This document shows positions 11,423 through 20,980 of a DNA stretch of 64,000 nucleotides, piece after piece. The notes under the pieces are model-generated. The model made no database searches and was not told the origin of the DNA. It saw nothing but the letters and a program-made list of their open reading frames with translations. The first letter of the stretch is position 1, and each line of letters opens with the position of its first letter. This stretch comes from a virus. Both the position numbers and the translations under genes were made by a program. The stretch is from positions 123,936-187,935 of the IMG/VR virus record IMGVR_UViG_3300047560_001714, one strand, 5' to 3'.

Positions 11423-11728
11423 ATGGCTAAAAAACAAATTATTCACAAATCAATGCGCGGTAAAGCTGTTGATATGAACAAGTTAATGAATCAAAATGAG
11501 ATGACTTTAGCAGTTGGGAATGCTAAAGTTAACGCACGAGGGGATGAAATCGGCCCTGGTGGTAAAATCATATCAAACTTTGATAATATAACCACACCTG
11601 GTGGAATGGGTATTCAAAATCATCAGCCTAGACCCGCACCAGCGCAAGCAGAGGTGGTGGTACCACCAAAACCAGCAAAACAAGTAAAAGAGGACAGCAA
11701 TGATGTATTACCAGCGGGTGATGCATGA
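11423..11728 (+). CDS. Hypothetical protein
   Basis: AAGGA SD; Pro/Ala-rich tail; overlaps groES. Confidence 0.6.
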   Translation: MAKKQIIHKSMRGKAVDMNKLMNQNEMTLAVGNAKVNARGDEIGPGGKIISNFDNITTPGGMGIQNHQPRPAPAQAEVVVPPKPAKQVKEDSNDVLPAGDA

Positions 11729-12114
11729 GTGCAATTGACTGTAATAAGTTAATACCATTGCACGATGGCGTGATCGTTACCGATATGAACTTTGATGAAC
11801 AAGTTACTAAGGCCGGTATCGTAATAACTAGTGATAATGGCAAATCGGAAGGAATAAAACCACGATGGGGTAAGGTATATGCCATCGGACCGACCCAAAC
11901 TGATGTAAAAATAGGTGATTGGGTACTTGTTGAGCACGGTAGATGGACTCGGAAACTCGCAATTAAAACACCTGGGGTTGAACCATTTGATGTATTAAGA
12001 GTTGAAACGAAATCTATACTATTAGTCAGCAATACTCGCCCAGATGATGTATATTTGGGACAATCTAACGCATCCACCACCCAAACATTTGACTTTAGCA
12101 GTCCAATGTTCTAA
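11725..12114 (+). CDS. groES: GroES/Cpn10 co-chaperonin
   Basis: LIPLHDGVIV...TKAGIVI...GKVYAIGP...DVKIGDWVL matches the Cpn10 pattern. Confidence 0.85.
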   Translation: MSAIDCNKLIPLHDGVIVTDMNFDEQVTKAGIVITSDNGKSEGIKPRWGKVYAIGPTQTDVKIGDWVLVEHGRWTRKLAIKTPGVEPFDVLRVETKSILLVSNTRPDDVYLGQSNASTTQTFDFSSPMF

Positions 12115-12119
12115 AATAC

Positions 12120-12147
12120 AGTCGGGATTGCATATCCCGACTTTTTT
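12120..12147 (+). terminator. Intrinsic terminator
   Basis: AGTCGGGAT-tgcat-ATCCCGACT followed by a T run. Confidence 0.75.
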
Positions 12148-12176
12148 CATTAACAATCATCAAAAAGTAGGTAATA

Positions 12177-13112
12177 ATGGCCGCAAAAGAGCTGTGGACT
12201 GAAAAATATCGCCCATCAACACTAGACGGGTATGTATTTAAAGATAGTATTCAACAAAAACAGATTGAATCTTGGGTTACCGACCGTTCAATCCCTCATT
12301 TATTACTAAGTGGCAGTCCTGGAACTGGTAAAACCACTCTTGCAAAGGTATTATGCCATCTATTAGAGATTCCAAAGCTAGATTTTAAAGTAATTAACGC
12401 ATCTAGGCATACATCGATTGATTTTATCCGTGACACAATCGTAAATTTTACCCAAATGACCCCATTTGGACCATTCAAAGTCGTATTATTGGATGAAGCG
12501 GACTATCTTTCACCTAATGCACAAGCGGCATTACGTGGATTAATGGAGGAAAGACATTCAACCGCTAGATTTATTCTTACATGTAATCATTCTAACCGAA
12601 TTTTACCTGCGATTGTAAGTAGATGCCAGGGATTCCACGTCAACAAACTCGATATAACAGAATATACCACCAGAGTGGCTAAAATTCTAATTTCAGAGGA
12701 GGTGGTATTTGATTTGGATACATTAGATACGTTTGTTAAAGCCAATTATCCAGATTTACGCAAATGTATTAACATGGTTCAGCAATATAGTATTGGTGGT
12801 AAATTGATTGCACCAACTGACACCGATGCAGATGGATCTGATTATAAGTTTGGAATGGTTGAACTGTTTAAGAGTGGTAAAATTAGCGAAGCTAGAAAGT
12901 TGATATGCAGTAAAGCTAGACCAGAAGAAATTGAAGATATGTACCGCTGGTTATATGATAATATCGAACTATTTGGTGACAATGAAGAACAGCAAGAGTT
13001 GGCAATCTGTGTAATAAAGCAAGGATTAGTTGACCATACCCTAGTGATTGACCCAGAAATCAATTTATCCGCCACATTAATAAAACTATCACACATAAAA
13101 AAAGGGCCGTAA
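12177..13112 (+). CDS. Clamp loader AAA+ subunit (RFC-small/T4 gp44-like)
   Basis: WTEKYRP RFC box, Walker A GSPGTGKT, Walker B LLDEAD, SRC motif. Confidence 0.9.
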   Translation: MAAKELWTEKYRPSTLDGYVFKDSIQQKQIESWVTDRSIPHLLLSGSPGTGKTTLAKVLCHLLEIPKLDFKVINASRHTSIDFIRDTIVNFTQMTPFGPFKVVLLDEADYLSPNAQAALRGLMEERHSTARFILTCNHSNRILPAIVSRCQGFHVNKLDITEYTTRVAKILISEEVVFDLDTLDTFVKANYPDLRKCINMVQQYSIGGKLIAPTDTDADGSDYKFGMVELFKSGKISEARKLICSKARPEEIEDMYRWLYDNIELFGDNEEQQELAICVIKQGLVDHTLVIDPEINLSATLIKLSHIKKGP

Positions 13113-13122
13113 GGCCCTTTTT
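13099..13122. terminator. Bidirectional intrinsic terminator
   Basis: AAAAAGGGCC-gtaa-GGCCCTTTTT between the convergent clamp loader and phoH genes. Confidence 0.75.
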
Positions 13123-13839
13123 CTATTCTCCATAAATGCTCAATACTTCTTTTACTGCTGGATGACGCTCTATGTCCTGAGCGTTAAAATTAGCAATATC
13201 AATATGATGTAAATCTGTTCTTTGTGATATCAAGGTACAAAAATCAATCAAACCGTTGTCTTTAAGACGATCCGCTTGTTCTAAATCCCCAGTTACCACC
13301 ATAGTTGAGTTATCCCCTATTCTTGTTAGTAACATCTTCATTTGGTTTACGGTTGCATTTTGCATTTCATCTGCAACTATATACGCATTTTTAAAAGTTC
13401 TGCCCCTCATGTACGCGAGTGGGCTAATTTCAATAACACCATCCTCCAAATATTTTACTATATCTCTTTGCTGATAATATTCTGAAAATACGTCAAAGAT
13501 TGGTCTAGTCCACGGCGCCATTTTTTCATTTAATGTGCCAGGTAAAAATCCCAAATCTTCATCTACAGATACGGCAGGTCGTGTCACAACGATTTTTTCA
13601 ATTTTTCCTTCTTGTAATAACTTAATTCCATACTGAACTGCAAGCATAGTTTTACCTGTACCGGCGGGACCGATAGCAAATATTATACTTTTTCGTTCGT
13701 CTTGTAATTTACGCAAATAATCGCGCTGATGTTGATTGCGCGGTGATAATGATACCACTCGCCGTTTTTGTGGAAGGTATGGTTGAAAATCTATTATGTT
13801 GACTTCTGATGTAAAACGTTTTTTCACTTTTCTACTCAT
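13123..13839 (-). CDS. phoH: PhoH-family ATPase
   Basis: GPAGTGKT, RPAV...LGFLPG, PLAYMRGRTF, DEMQNAT..QMKMLLTRIG. Confidence 0.92.
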   Translation of the reverse strand: MSRKVKKRFTSEVNIIDFQPYLPQKRRVVSLSPRNQHQRDYLRKLQDERKSIIFAIGPAGTGKTMLAVQYGIKLLQEGKIEKIVVTRPAVSVDEDLGFLPGTLNEKMAPWTRPIFDVFSEYYQQRDIVKYLEDGVIEISPLAYMRGRTFKNAYIVADEMQNATVNQMKMLLTRIGDNSTMVVTGDLEQADRLKDNGLIDFCTLISQRTDLHHIDIANFNAQDIERHPAVKEVLSIYGE

Positions 13840-13914
13840 TCAGTATCTCCTACGATTTTGAGCAACGTAGGACGTGTAGTAACTGCCATGTAAACTACAT
13901 AGGTCCTACTTAAG

Positions 13915-13922
13915 TATTTATA
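13915..13922 (-). promoter_or_regulatory. T4-like late promoter TATAAATA upstream of phoH
   Basis: The + strand reads TATTTATA at 13915-13922. Confidence 0.5.
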
Positions 13923-13960
13923 ATAACGGCTAAATAAAGATAACATATACGGGATTTATT

Positions 13961-14548
13961 ATGAAAGATGTATTAGACGTAATTAAAAACATCCAAAGTT
14001 TATATGAGAACAACTCCAATCTTTCAGCTTTGAAAGATTTTGAACGTGTTTTAGCAGAAATGGATCTGTATGCATATAACAATTGGGAAGATGGGGAATT
14101 AGCGTATGGCCCCAAAATTGATAGACATTGGATTACCGCTGGATTTATGTGGCCACAGAAAAAAATGCCTGATCCAATTGGTGCAAAGAGATTATTAGGT
14201 CTTGGATGCAAAGTTAAATATCAAAAATCACATTTACTTGAAGCACGCCCTATCCGCACACCAGATGATATCAGACCTGGTACAAAAAAAGGAAAAGTTG
14301 ATAGAAATCCAATTTGGATTGTCGAAATTCAGATGCCCAAAAAAGTCGCCTTTGATATGTACAAAGGATACATGGACAAGATGAAAGCTGAAAATGCTGA
14401 TAATACTCCAGCATTAACGAATGCAACCGCACCAGCGACACCAGCACCAACCGCACCAGCAATGGCACCAGGAATGGCACCAGGCGGCGCCGCAGGTGGG
14501 GCTCCTAATATGTCGGCAGCAGGAGGGGCGCCAGCACCGGCGATTTAA
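13961..14548 (+). CDS. Hypothetical protein with Ala/Pro/Gly-rich C-terminal tail
   Basis: 195 aa; low-complexity tail APATPAPTAPAMAPGMAPGG. Confidence 0.65.
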   Translation: MKDVLDVIKNIQSLYENNSNLSALKDFERVLAEMDLYAYNNWEDGELAYGPKIDRHWITAGFMWPQKKMPDPIGAKRLLGLGCKVKYQKSHLLEARPIRTPDDIRPGTKKGKVDRNPIWIVEIQMPKKVAFDMYKGYMDKMKAENADNTPALTNATAPATPAPTAPAMAPGMAPGGAAGGAPNMSAAGGAPAPAI

Positions 14549-14549
14549 T

Positions 14550-15293
14550 ATGGCAAATTTACAAGAAAGTTTACGAAAAAATGACCTTATACATTTAGTT
14601 GATAAAGTTTTTGAGATAGATGCATACCAAAGTAAAATCGGTGATGATAAAAACGTGGTCGTATTGAGCTTTACCGTTGACTCAGAAGACCCAGCAAAAG
14701 ACTTAGAGAATTTTGTAGAAATGGGGTATGACTTTGTGTTAGATGCCGACGTCAGTCCTGGTGAATCTGATGATGGTAAATATAAAGTTTTTATTGAATT
14801 AGAACGCAACCGACATACCGCTGAACAAATCCTAGAAATTTTAGATGGTGTTGAACGCATAACTGGGATGCCAGATATGAGATTTAGATACTTTAAAAAC
14901 TTTACTAGTCACGATGCAAATTTAGAAAATCTAGCTAACATAATTCCAATTACAAAAGCATCATATGAACGTGCAACCAACCCAGAAAGCATGGATAACT
15001 TTAGTAACTTTTTCTCAAATAGTTCATCCGATAAAGTTGATGTAATAGGGGAAACGATTAAATTTAATAAACTACGAGCTGACCCACTCTCGTTCAGAAT
15101 TATCAATAGTGGGTTGAAAGAAGATGTGTATGCATCTATAAAAGGCCCAATTATGATAGAAAGCAAAGATATTGCCGAAGTAATGTTCTATACAAAATAT
15201 ATTGGTAATTACAATATTAATAAAATAGGAAATACTTTTATCTTTGAGAATAACGGATGGGCCGTATCTATGGAGAGAAATAATGGCATTTGA
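14550..15293 (+). CDS. Hypothetical protein (likely start MANLQESL)
   Basis: ATG 14550 lies just after the upstream stop; the longer upstream extension is a shadow of low-complexity DNA. Confidence 0.65.
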   Translation: MANLQESLRKNDLIHLVDKVFEIDAYQSKIGDDKNVVVLSFTVDSEDPAKDLENFVEMGYDFVLDADVSPGESDDGKYKVFIELERNRHTAEQILEILDGVERITGMPDMRFRYFKNFTSHDANLENLANIIPITKASYERATNPESMDNFSNFFSNSSSDKVDVIGETIKFNKLRADPLSFRIINSGLKEDVYASIKGPIMIESKDIAEVMFYTKYIGNYNINKIGNTFIFENNGWAVSMERNNGI

Positions 15294-15909
15294 TTTTAGC
15301 TTTACTGAAGCAAAACTGGCGCAATTATTACCAGGGAATAAGTACGTGGAGTACTGGTTTGACGCCCTGAATATGATTTTGCCAGATTATGAAATAAACA
15401 CACTATTGCGTGTAAGTGCATTTATTGCGCAAACCGCGCATGAAAGCGGCAACTATAAATGTTTAAAAGAAAACTTAAATTATAGAGCAGTCACCTTACG
15501 TAAAGTATTCCCAAAATACTTTCCAACCGATGCATTGGCTGCACAATATGCACAAAAACCAGAAAAAATCGCAAATAAAGTCTATGGTGGCAGAATGGGG
15601 AACGGTCCAGAATCATCAGGTGACGGATTCCGTTACTGCGGTCGTGGCTTAATTCAGTTAACTGGTAAAACCAACTATACTAAATTTGCCGAATCTATCG
15701 ATACACCATTAGCCGACATTCCTGAATATTTAGGCACGTTTGAAGGAGCACTTCAATCCGCGTGCTGGTTCTGGGAAGAAAATGGACTTAACAAATGGGC
15801 AGATAAAGGTGATATGTTAACGTTAACCAAACGTATTAACGGTGGAACTATCGGTCTTCAAGATCGTATTAAACACTATCATCATGCAATGCACGTTTTA
15901 GGACAATAA
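15283..15909 (+). CDS. Glycoside hydrolase family 19 endolysin
   Basis: AFIAQTAHESG, ENLNY, YGGRMGN, YCGRGLIQLTGK.NY, TKRINGG..GL.DR; GGAG SD before ATG 15283. Confidence 0.9.
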   Translation: MAFDFSFTEAKLAQLLPGNKYVEYWFDALNMILPDYEINTLLRVSAFIAQTAHESGNYKCLKENLNYRAVTLRKVFPKYFPTDALAAQYAQKPEKIANKVYGGRMGNGPESSGDGFRYCGRGLIQLTGKTNYTKFAESIDTPLADIPEYLGTFEGALQSACWFWEENGLNKWADKGDMLTLTKRINGGTIGLQDRIKHYHHAMHVLGQ

Positions 15910-15938
15910 TATTAATAGACACGATTATGGAGTAAATT

Positions 15939-16439
15939 ATGTCAGCAAAAGATTACAACAAATTAACCGCCGCAGAACAGGCGGGTGAAGATTTTATGTC
16001 AAAAAACTGGAGACCAATGATGGCAATCACATACATGATGACATGTATTTTTGATTTTATCGCTGGACCAATCCTTTATAATGTATTACAATACTACAAT
16101 CCTGGGCAACATTTAGATATGTGGCAACCATTAACACTACAAGGTGGTGGTTTATACCATATCGCAATGGGTGTTGTATTAGGTATTACCGCACATGGTA
16201 GAACACAAGAAAAAATTAATGGAGCTGATGCCCCTGCACCAGCAATGCCTGGTATTGGTGGAATGATTAGCAGTTTTGCACCACAACCAGCTGCACCGGC
16301 GCCACAGCCACAATTTGCACCACAGCCACAATTTGCACCACAACCAGCTGCATACCAACCGCCAGAACCGATGGCTGCACCTGTTCAAAGTGGTAAATTA
16401 GGCCGTATTGTTCCACAAGAAGATGACCCATTACTATAA
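15939..16439 (+). CDS. Putative holin (3TM/GTA-holin-like) with Pro/Gln-rich tail
   Basis: WRP motif followed by hydrophobic segments; directly after the endolysin. Confidence 0.55.
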   Translation: MSAKDYNKLTAAEQAGEDFMSKNWRPMMAITYMMTCIFDFIAGPILYNVLQYYNPGQHLDMWQPLTLQGGGLYHIAMGVVLGITAHGRTQEKINGADAPAPAMPGIGGMISSFAPQPAAPAPQPQFAPQPQFAPQPAAYQPPEPMAAPVQSGKLGRIVPQEDDPLL

Positions 16440-16448
16440 GGAAATTAT

Positions 16449-16709
16449 ATGAAATTTTTAGCAACCATTTTATTATTAGTACCATTCACAATTTTAGCAG
16501 ACGACGCAGTTGTTGAAAAAGCTGCTGAAGTTAAAGTTGAACAAGCGGCGGACGTTAAACCAGAAACTGCTAAAGAAGAAGTTAAAAAAGAAGACGTTAA
16601 AAAAGAAGAAGTTAAAAAAGAAGACGTTAAAAAAGAAGAATCCAAACCAGCTGGAAAACCAGGAAAGAAAAAGCATCGTAAATACGAAGGCCGTAAAGTT
16701 CCTGTATAA
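16449..16709 (+). CDS. Small exported protein with signal peptide and KKE(E/D)V repeats
   Basis: MKFLATILLLVPFTILA resembles a Sec signal; no lipobox Cys. Confidence 0.6.
   Translation: MKFLATILLLVPFTILADDAVVEKAAEVKVEQAADVKPETAKEEVKKEDVKKEEVKKEDVKKEESKPAGKPGKKKHRKYEGRKVPV
16572..16640 (+). repeat. 15-bp tandem repeat (about 4.6 copies)
   Basis: AAAGAAGA(A/C)GTTAAA units. Confidence 0.9.
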
Positions 16710-16718
16710 AAACAGTTC

Positions 16719-16747
16719 TTGACAGGTTACTCTAATTATTGTATAAT
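16719..16747 (+). promoter_or_regulatory. Consensus sigma70 promoter for dnaJ-clpA
   Basis: TTGACA-N17-TATAAT. Confidence 0.85.
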
Positions 16748-16780
16748 TACCTATATACAACTTTGGAGTAACCTAATTAT

Positions 16781-17626
16781 ATGACACATTATTCAACATT
16801 AGGCGTTTCTGAAAACGCATCTCAAGACGAAATTAAACAAGCATATCGTCGATTAGCAAATAAACATCACCCCGACAAAGGCGGCGATCAAGCAACATTC
16901 AAATCAATATCAGCCGCATACGATGTGGTGGGCGACCCCCAAAAACGTGCGGAATATGATAATCATCAACGATATGAACAAATGGGGCATTCATTTGGTG
17001 GAGGTGGCTTTGCACATTTTCATCAAGGAAACTTTCATGATATATTTGGGCACGCATCACCATTTGGTGACATGTTTGGTAGACGCGCCGTTCATAAAAA
17101 CCGAGACTTAAATTTAAACTGTACAATATCACTTGCCGATTCCTTTATCGGTAAGCAATTTGAAACTAGATATAGATTACCAAGTGGTAATGAATCTAGT
17201 GTTGTAATTTCTGTACCAGCAGGGGTTGCAAATGGTGATACAATAAAGTATAATGGTTTGGGTGATGACACTATTAGTAATATCCCTCGCGGAAACTTAA
17301 ATATAACTATTTTAGTACAGCATGACGAAAAATTTGACAGAGTGGGCGATGACCTGTATACTACTGTCGAAATCAACCCAATCGAAGCAATAATTGGATG
17401 TACAAAGCAAGTACAAACAATTACCGGTGCAATGACAAAAGTTGATATTCGTCCAGGTGTTGAAACCGGCACCGAATTTGCAAAACCAGGTGGTGGATTC
17501 AAAAATATCCATACCAACATGCTAGGTAGGTTTGTGGTACTTGTTAAGATTAAAACACCAACTATCACTGACCGAGATTTACTCTCACAACTTAGCGATA
17601 TAAACAATAAACTTAATTCACTTTAA
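16781..17626 (+). CDS. dnaJ: J-domain co-chaperone (DnaJ/CbpA-type, no zinc finger)
   Basis: YSTLGV...[21 protein letters not shown]-rich linker, DnaJ_C-like GDDLY segment. Confidence 0.9.
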   Translation: MTHYSTLGVSENASQDEIKQAYRRLANKHHPDKGGDQATFKSISAAYDVVGDPQKRAEYDNHQRYEQMGHSFGGGGFAHFHQGNFHDIFGHASPFGDMFGRRAVHKNRDLNLNCTISLADSFIGKQFETRYRLPSGNESSVVISVPAGVANGDTIKYNGLGDDTISNIPRGNLNITILVQHDEKFDRVGDDLYTTVEINPIEAIIGCTKQVQTITGAMTKVDIRPGVETGTEFAKPGGGFKNIHTNMLGRFVVLVKIKTPTITDRDLLSQLSDINNKLNSL

Positions 17627-17642
17627 CAACGAGGTATACAAT

Positions 17643-19910
17643 ATGGTAGAGCCAAGCGCAGAATTTGAAGCAGTACTAGGTGTAGCGTTAGAAACAGCAA
17701 AAGACTTGCATCATGAATACATTACATTAGAGCATGTGATGCATGCAATGTTGTCAAGTGAAGATTTCACTTCATATCTAGTGGGATATGGGTGTAATGT
17801 TAGTACACTAAAATCTAAACTTGTGGCACATTTACAAAATAAATGTGACGACATTATTAGCAAGACACGTGTTGAAACGCCTCGTAAGACACCAGCATTT
17901 GAACGAATGTTAAATAAAGTGTTCACGCAAGTAATCTTTAACAATAGACAAAAAGTCGAAGTTACTGATGCGTTTTTAACTATGTTAGCCGAAAAAAATT
18001 CGTGGGCTGTATATTATGCTAGTGAGGCGGGAATCGATAAAGCAAAATTTGCGGATTATATTCAAACTAATGCAATTCTCGATGCCCCTGTACCATCCGG
18101 TAACGACAAACGGTCAACTAAAGCATTGCAAGCATTCGCAACGAATCTAAACGACGAAGTTAACAAAGGAAAAATCGATCCGGTAATTGGTCGTGCAAAT
18201 GAGCTTGAAAATATTGCGTTAGCGTTGGGCAGACGTAGTAAAAATAATGTTATCCTAGTCGGTGACCCAGGCGTTGGTAAAACTGCGATTGCCGAAGGTT
18301 TGGCACACAATATTGTAAATGATGTGGTACCAGAATTCCTAAAAGGATATACTGTGTACAACTTAGATATTTCTGCAATGTTAGCTGGATCTAAATATCG
18401 TGGTGATTTTGAAGAACGCTTTAAACAAGTTATCAAAGCATTGGATGAAAAAGGTAAAACCGTATTATTCATCGATGAAGCACACATGATTAATGGTGCC
18501 GGTGCTGGGCAAAATTCTGCCAATGATTTGGCAAATATGATGAAACCAGCATTAAGTAAAGGTAACATTAAAGTAATTGCATCGACAACATGGGATGAGT
18601 ATCGTAAACATTTTGAAAAAGATCGTGCATTAATGCGTCGTTTCCAACGAATCACAGTTGATGAACCATCACAAGAAATGACATTCAAGATTCTAAGTGG
18701 TATTAAAAAATACTATGAAAAACATCACGATGTTAAAATTAAAGATTGCGCATTACATGCGGCGATTAAATTATCAGTCAAATACCAAGCTGATAAAAAA
18801 CTCCCAGATAAAGCAATTGACTTAATTGATGTTGCATGTTCACGTTTTAACTTAAAAGTTGCGGATCAGCGTGTTGTTGCTGAACGAGAAATTCAATTTG
18901 AATTGGCAAAAATGGTTAATTTACCAGAAGAGCAAGTTATGGAAACCGAAAGTGCCCATATTGCAACTCTCCAAGAAAAAATTGAAAATGATGTCTTTGG
19001 TCAAGATTTGGCATTGACTGAAATCGTTGACAAAATTATCGTTGCGCAAGCTGGATTAAAACCCGACAACAAACCAATCGGTTCATTTGTATTCATGGGT
19101 CCAACTGGTTGTGGTAAAACTGAAACAGCGAAATCATTAGCACACCACTTAAATGTTAAATTACTTAGATTCGATATGTCTGAGTATCAAGAAAAACATA
19201 GTGTTAGCAAACTATTAGGTGCACCTCCTGGGTATGCTGGTTATGATGATAATGCTGGTGCGTTGATAACACAACTCCAAGAAAATCCAAATGCGGTGTT
19301 ATTACTAGATGAAATTGAAAAATCTCACCCAGATGTATCAACCGTGTTGTTACAAATGATGGATAACGGTTTTATTACTGGTAGTAATGGTAAAAAAGCG
19401 GATTGCAGAAATATTGTAATGATTATGACAACTAATGCTGGCGCTCAATCCGCTGAAAAAAATGCAATCGGATTTGGGTCGCAAGAGAAAGCATATTCGG
19501 ATGCTGATCTAAAAAAATTCTTTACACCAGAGTTTCGTAACCGTTTGGATGGTATTATTACATTCAATAAACTTGGTAAAGAAAGTATGGTTAAAGTGGT
19601 TAATAAATTTATCGATGAAGTCAGAGCACAAGTTAAAGATAAAGGTGTTAAGATTAAATTGACAAAAGATGCCACAGCATGGTTACTTGATAACGGATTT
19701 GATCCAAAAATGGGCGCAAGACCATTACATAGATTGATTGATAAAGAAATCAAGCGTGATTTAGCAAAACTAATGTTGTTTGGCGAATTGCAAAACGGTG
19801 GAACATTAACCGTTGGCGTTGAAAATAATCAACTTTCACTATCAGTTAAACCAAAACTGGTGAAAGAATCACTACTTATAACAGTTGATACTGACGAGGT
19901 TATTATTTAA
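17643..19910 (+). CDS. clpA: ClpA-type Hsp100 AAA+ unfoldase
   Basis: N-domain HEYITLEH, two Walker sets (GDPGVGKT, GPTGCGKT), GSKYRGDFE, GAPPGYAG pore loop, IGF loop, FTPEFRNRLD; no ClpB middle domain. Confidence 0.9.
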   Translation: MVEPSAEFEAVLGVALETAKDLHHEYITLEHVMHAMLSSEDFTSYLVGYGCNVSTLKSKLVAHLQNKCDDIISKTRVETPRKTPAFERMLNKVFTQVIFNNRQKVEVTDAFLTMLAEKNSWAVYYASEAGIDKAKFADYIQTNAILDAPVPSGNDKRSTKALQAFATNLNDEVNKGKIDPVIGRANELENIALALGRRSKNNVILVGDPGVGKTAIAEGLAHNIVNDVVPEFLKGYTVYNLDISAMLAGSKYRGDFEERFKQVIKALDEKGKTVLFIDEAHMINGAGAGQNSANDLANMMKPALSKGNIKVIASTTWDEYRKHFEKDRALMRRFQRITVDEPSQEMTFKILSGIKKYYEKHHDVKIKDCALHAAIKLSVKYQADKKLPDKAIDLIDVACSRFNLKVADQRVVAEREIQFELAKMVNLPEEQVMETESAHIATLQEKIENDVFGQDLALTEIVDKIIVAQAGLKPDNKPIGSFVFMGPTGCGKTETAKSLAHHLNVKLLRFDMSEYQEKHSVSKLLGAPPGYAGYDDNAGALITQLQENPNAVLLLDEIEKSHPDVSTVLLQMMDNGFITGSNGKKADCRNIVMIMTTNAGAQSAEKNAIGFGSQEKAYSDADLKKFFTPEFRNRLDGIITFNKLGKESMVKVVNKFIDEVRAQVKDKGVKIKLTKDATAWLLDNGFDPKMGARPLHRLIDKEIKRDLAKLMLFGELQNGGTLTVGVENNQLSLSVKPKLVKESLLITVDTDEVII

Positions 19911-19917
19911 CATCTAC

Positions 19918-19954
19918 GCCCGGTTGATAAATACAATATCAACCGGGCTTTTTT
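19918..19954 (+). terminator. Intrinsic terminator with a late-promoter core inside it
   Basis: 12-bp stem GCCCGGTTGATA/TATCAACCGGGC plus T6; ATAAATA at 19927-19933. Confidence 0.7.
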
Positions 19955-20329
19955 ATGCGTATAATAGAATTACTAGAGACTATAAATTTTAAAGACGACG
20001 AATTTGTCAAACCAGTTGGCGACGAGGGAAAACGTGAAATAGCATTTGACGTTCCAGAAGATATTATTTTTTATATGCGGAACGATGATAACGCATTTCG
20101 TAATCATTTATACCCAGTAATCGCTAAATGTTTAGATTTAATTTCATCTAATAAAAAAACACACCCATCTTTATTTGCAGATGCGGTAAAAGAATGTTAT
20201 AATTCTTATATATCTGAATATCCAATCAGAGAACTAGGCAAATCTATCGATAAACAACATCATAAAGATACTTGTATTAAATTACATGATGAAGTTATTG
20301 ATGAAATCAACAATGGAAAATATGATTAA
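19955..20329 (+). CDS. Hypothetical protein, putative internal head protein (MRIIELLE leader)
   Basis: Leader ending in LLE is shared in style with neighbouring genes. Confidence 0.6.
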   Translation: MRIIELLETINFKDDEFVKPVGDEGKREIAFDVPEDIIFYMRNDDNAFRNHLYPVIAKCLDLISSNKKTHPSLFADAVKECYNSYISEYPIRELGKSIDKQHHKDTCIKLHDEVIDEINNGKYD

Positions 20330-20350
20330 CACTACACAACAGGTACACAC

Positions 20351-20980
20351 ATGGGCGGACACGCTATTCCAAATACATCACCAATCAAAAAAGATGATTT
20401 CAATGCTATAATTGAACAATTATCAACGTATCTACCAAATGGACTACAAATTTTTCCATTTGGTAGTGCTGGTAAAAAAATAATAAGCAATGACCTAGAT
20501 CTATTCATAGATAATCATCAACTAGAGAAAATATTCGACTGCGATAATCCTAAAAAACACCTACAACAATATTTTATTAATCAAGGCCTAACATCGTCTA
20601 GGTCAGGTATTGCTGTACACGTTGGTATACCATTTGACAATACAACAATTCAAGTTGATTTAATTGCGGTTGATTATCCAATGATTATACAGCAATTACA
20701 TGACCATACATATGACGATGATACCGTATCTGGAAAAACTATCATCAGTATGTGGTGTGATTTGGCTAGAATGTCATCTCCATCTTTATTATTCAGCCCA
20801 TATACTGGATTGTTTATTAGAGATACCAGAGAATTTATCACAGCTGATAAAAACACGATCGCAAAATTTATTATTGGCCAACACGCCTCTGGTGATGATT
20901 TACGCTCGCCCTCACGAATACTAAAAGCAGTTAAAAACCAAGACGCAATTAGTGAACTAACAAATAAGTATAATCTATGA
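20351..20980 (+). CDS. Pol-beta-superfamily nucleotidyltransferase-like protein
   Basis: GSAGKKIISNDLDL (GS...DxD) plus QVDL as the third acidic residue. Confidence 0.65.
   Translation: MGGHAIPNTSPIKKDDFNAIIEQLSTYLPNGLQIFPFGSAGKKIISNDLDLFIDNHQLEKIFDCDNPKKHLQQYFINQGLTSSRSGIAVHVGIPFDNTTIQVDLIAVDYPMIIQQLHDHTYDDDTVSGKTIISMWCDLARMSSPSLLFSPYTGLFIRDTREFITADKNTIAKFIIGQHASGDDLRSPSRILKAVKNQDAISELTNKYNL

Noticed and set aside
13256-13474. ORF-track entry labelled + inside phoH
   Set aside because: It is an antisense shadow of phoH with no independent signals.
14414-14860. Antisense and frame-shifted ORFs over the Ala/Pro-rich tail, including the QPHQ extension of 14421
   Set aside because: They arise from low-complexity DNA; the true start is most likely 14550.
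16445-16760. Alternative-frame repeat ORFs (TSSFL, KKKL, FFFN)
   Set aside because: They are shadows of the 15-bp repeat; only 16449-16709 has an SD and a signal peptide.
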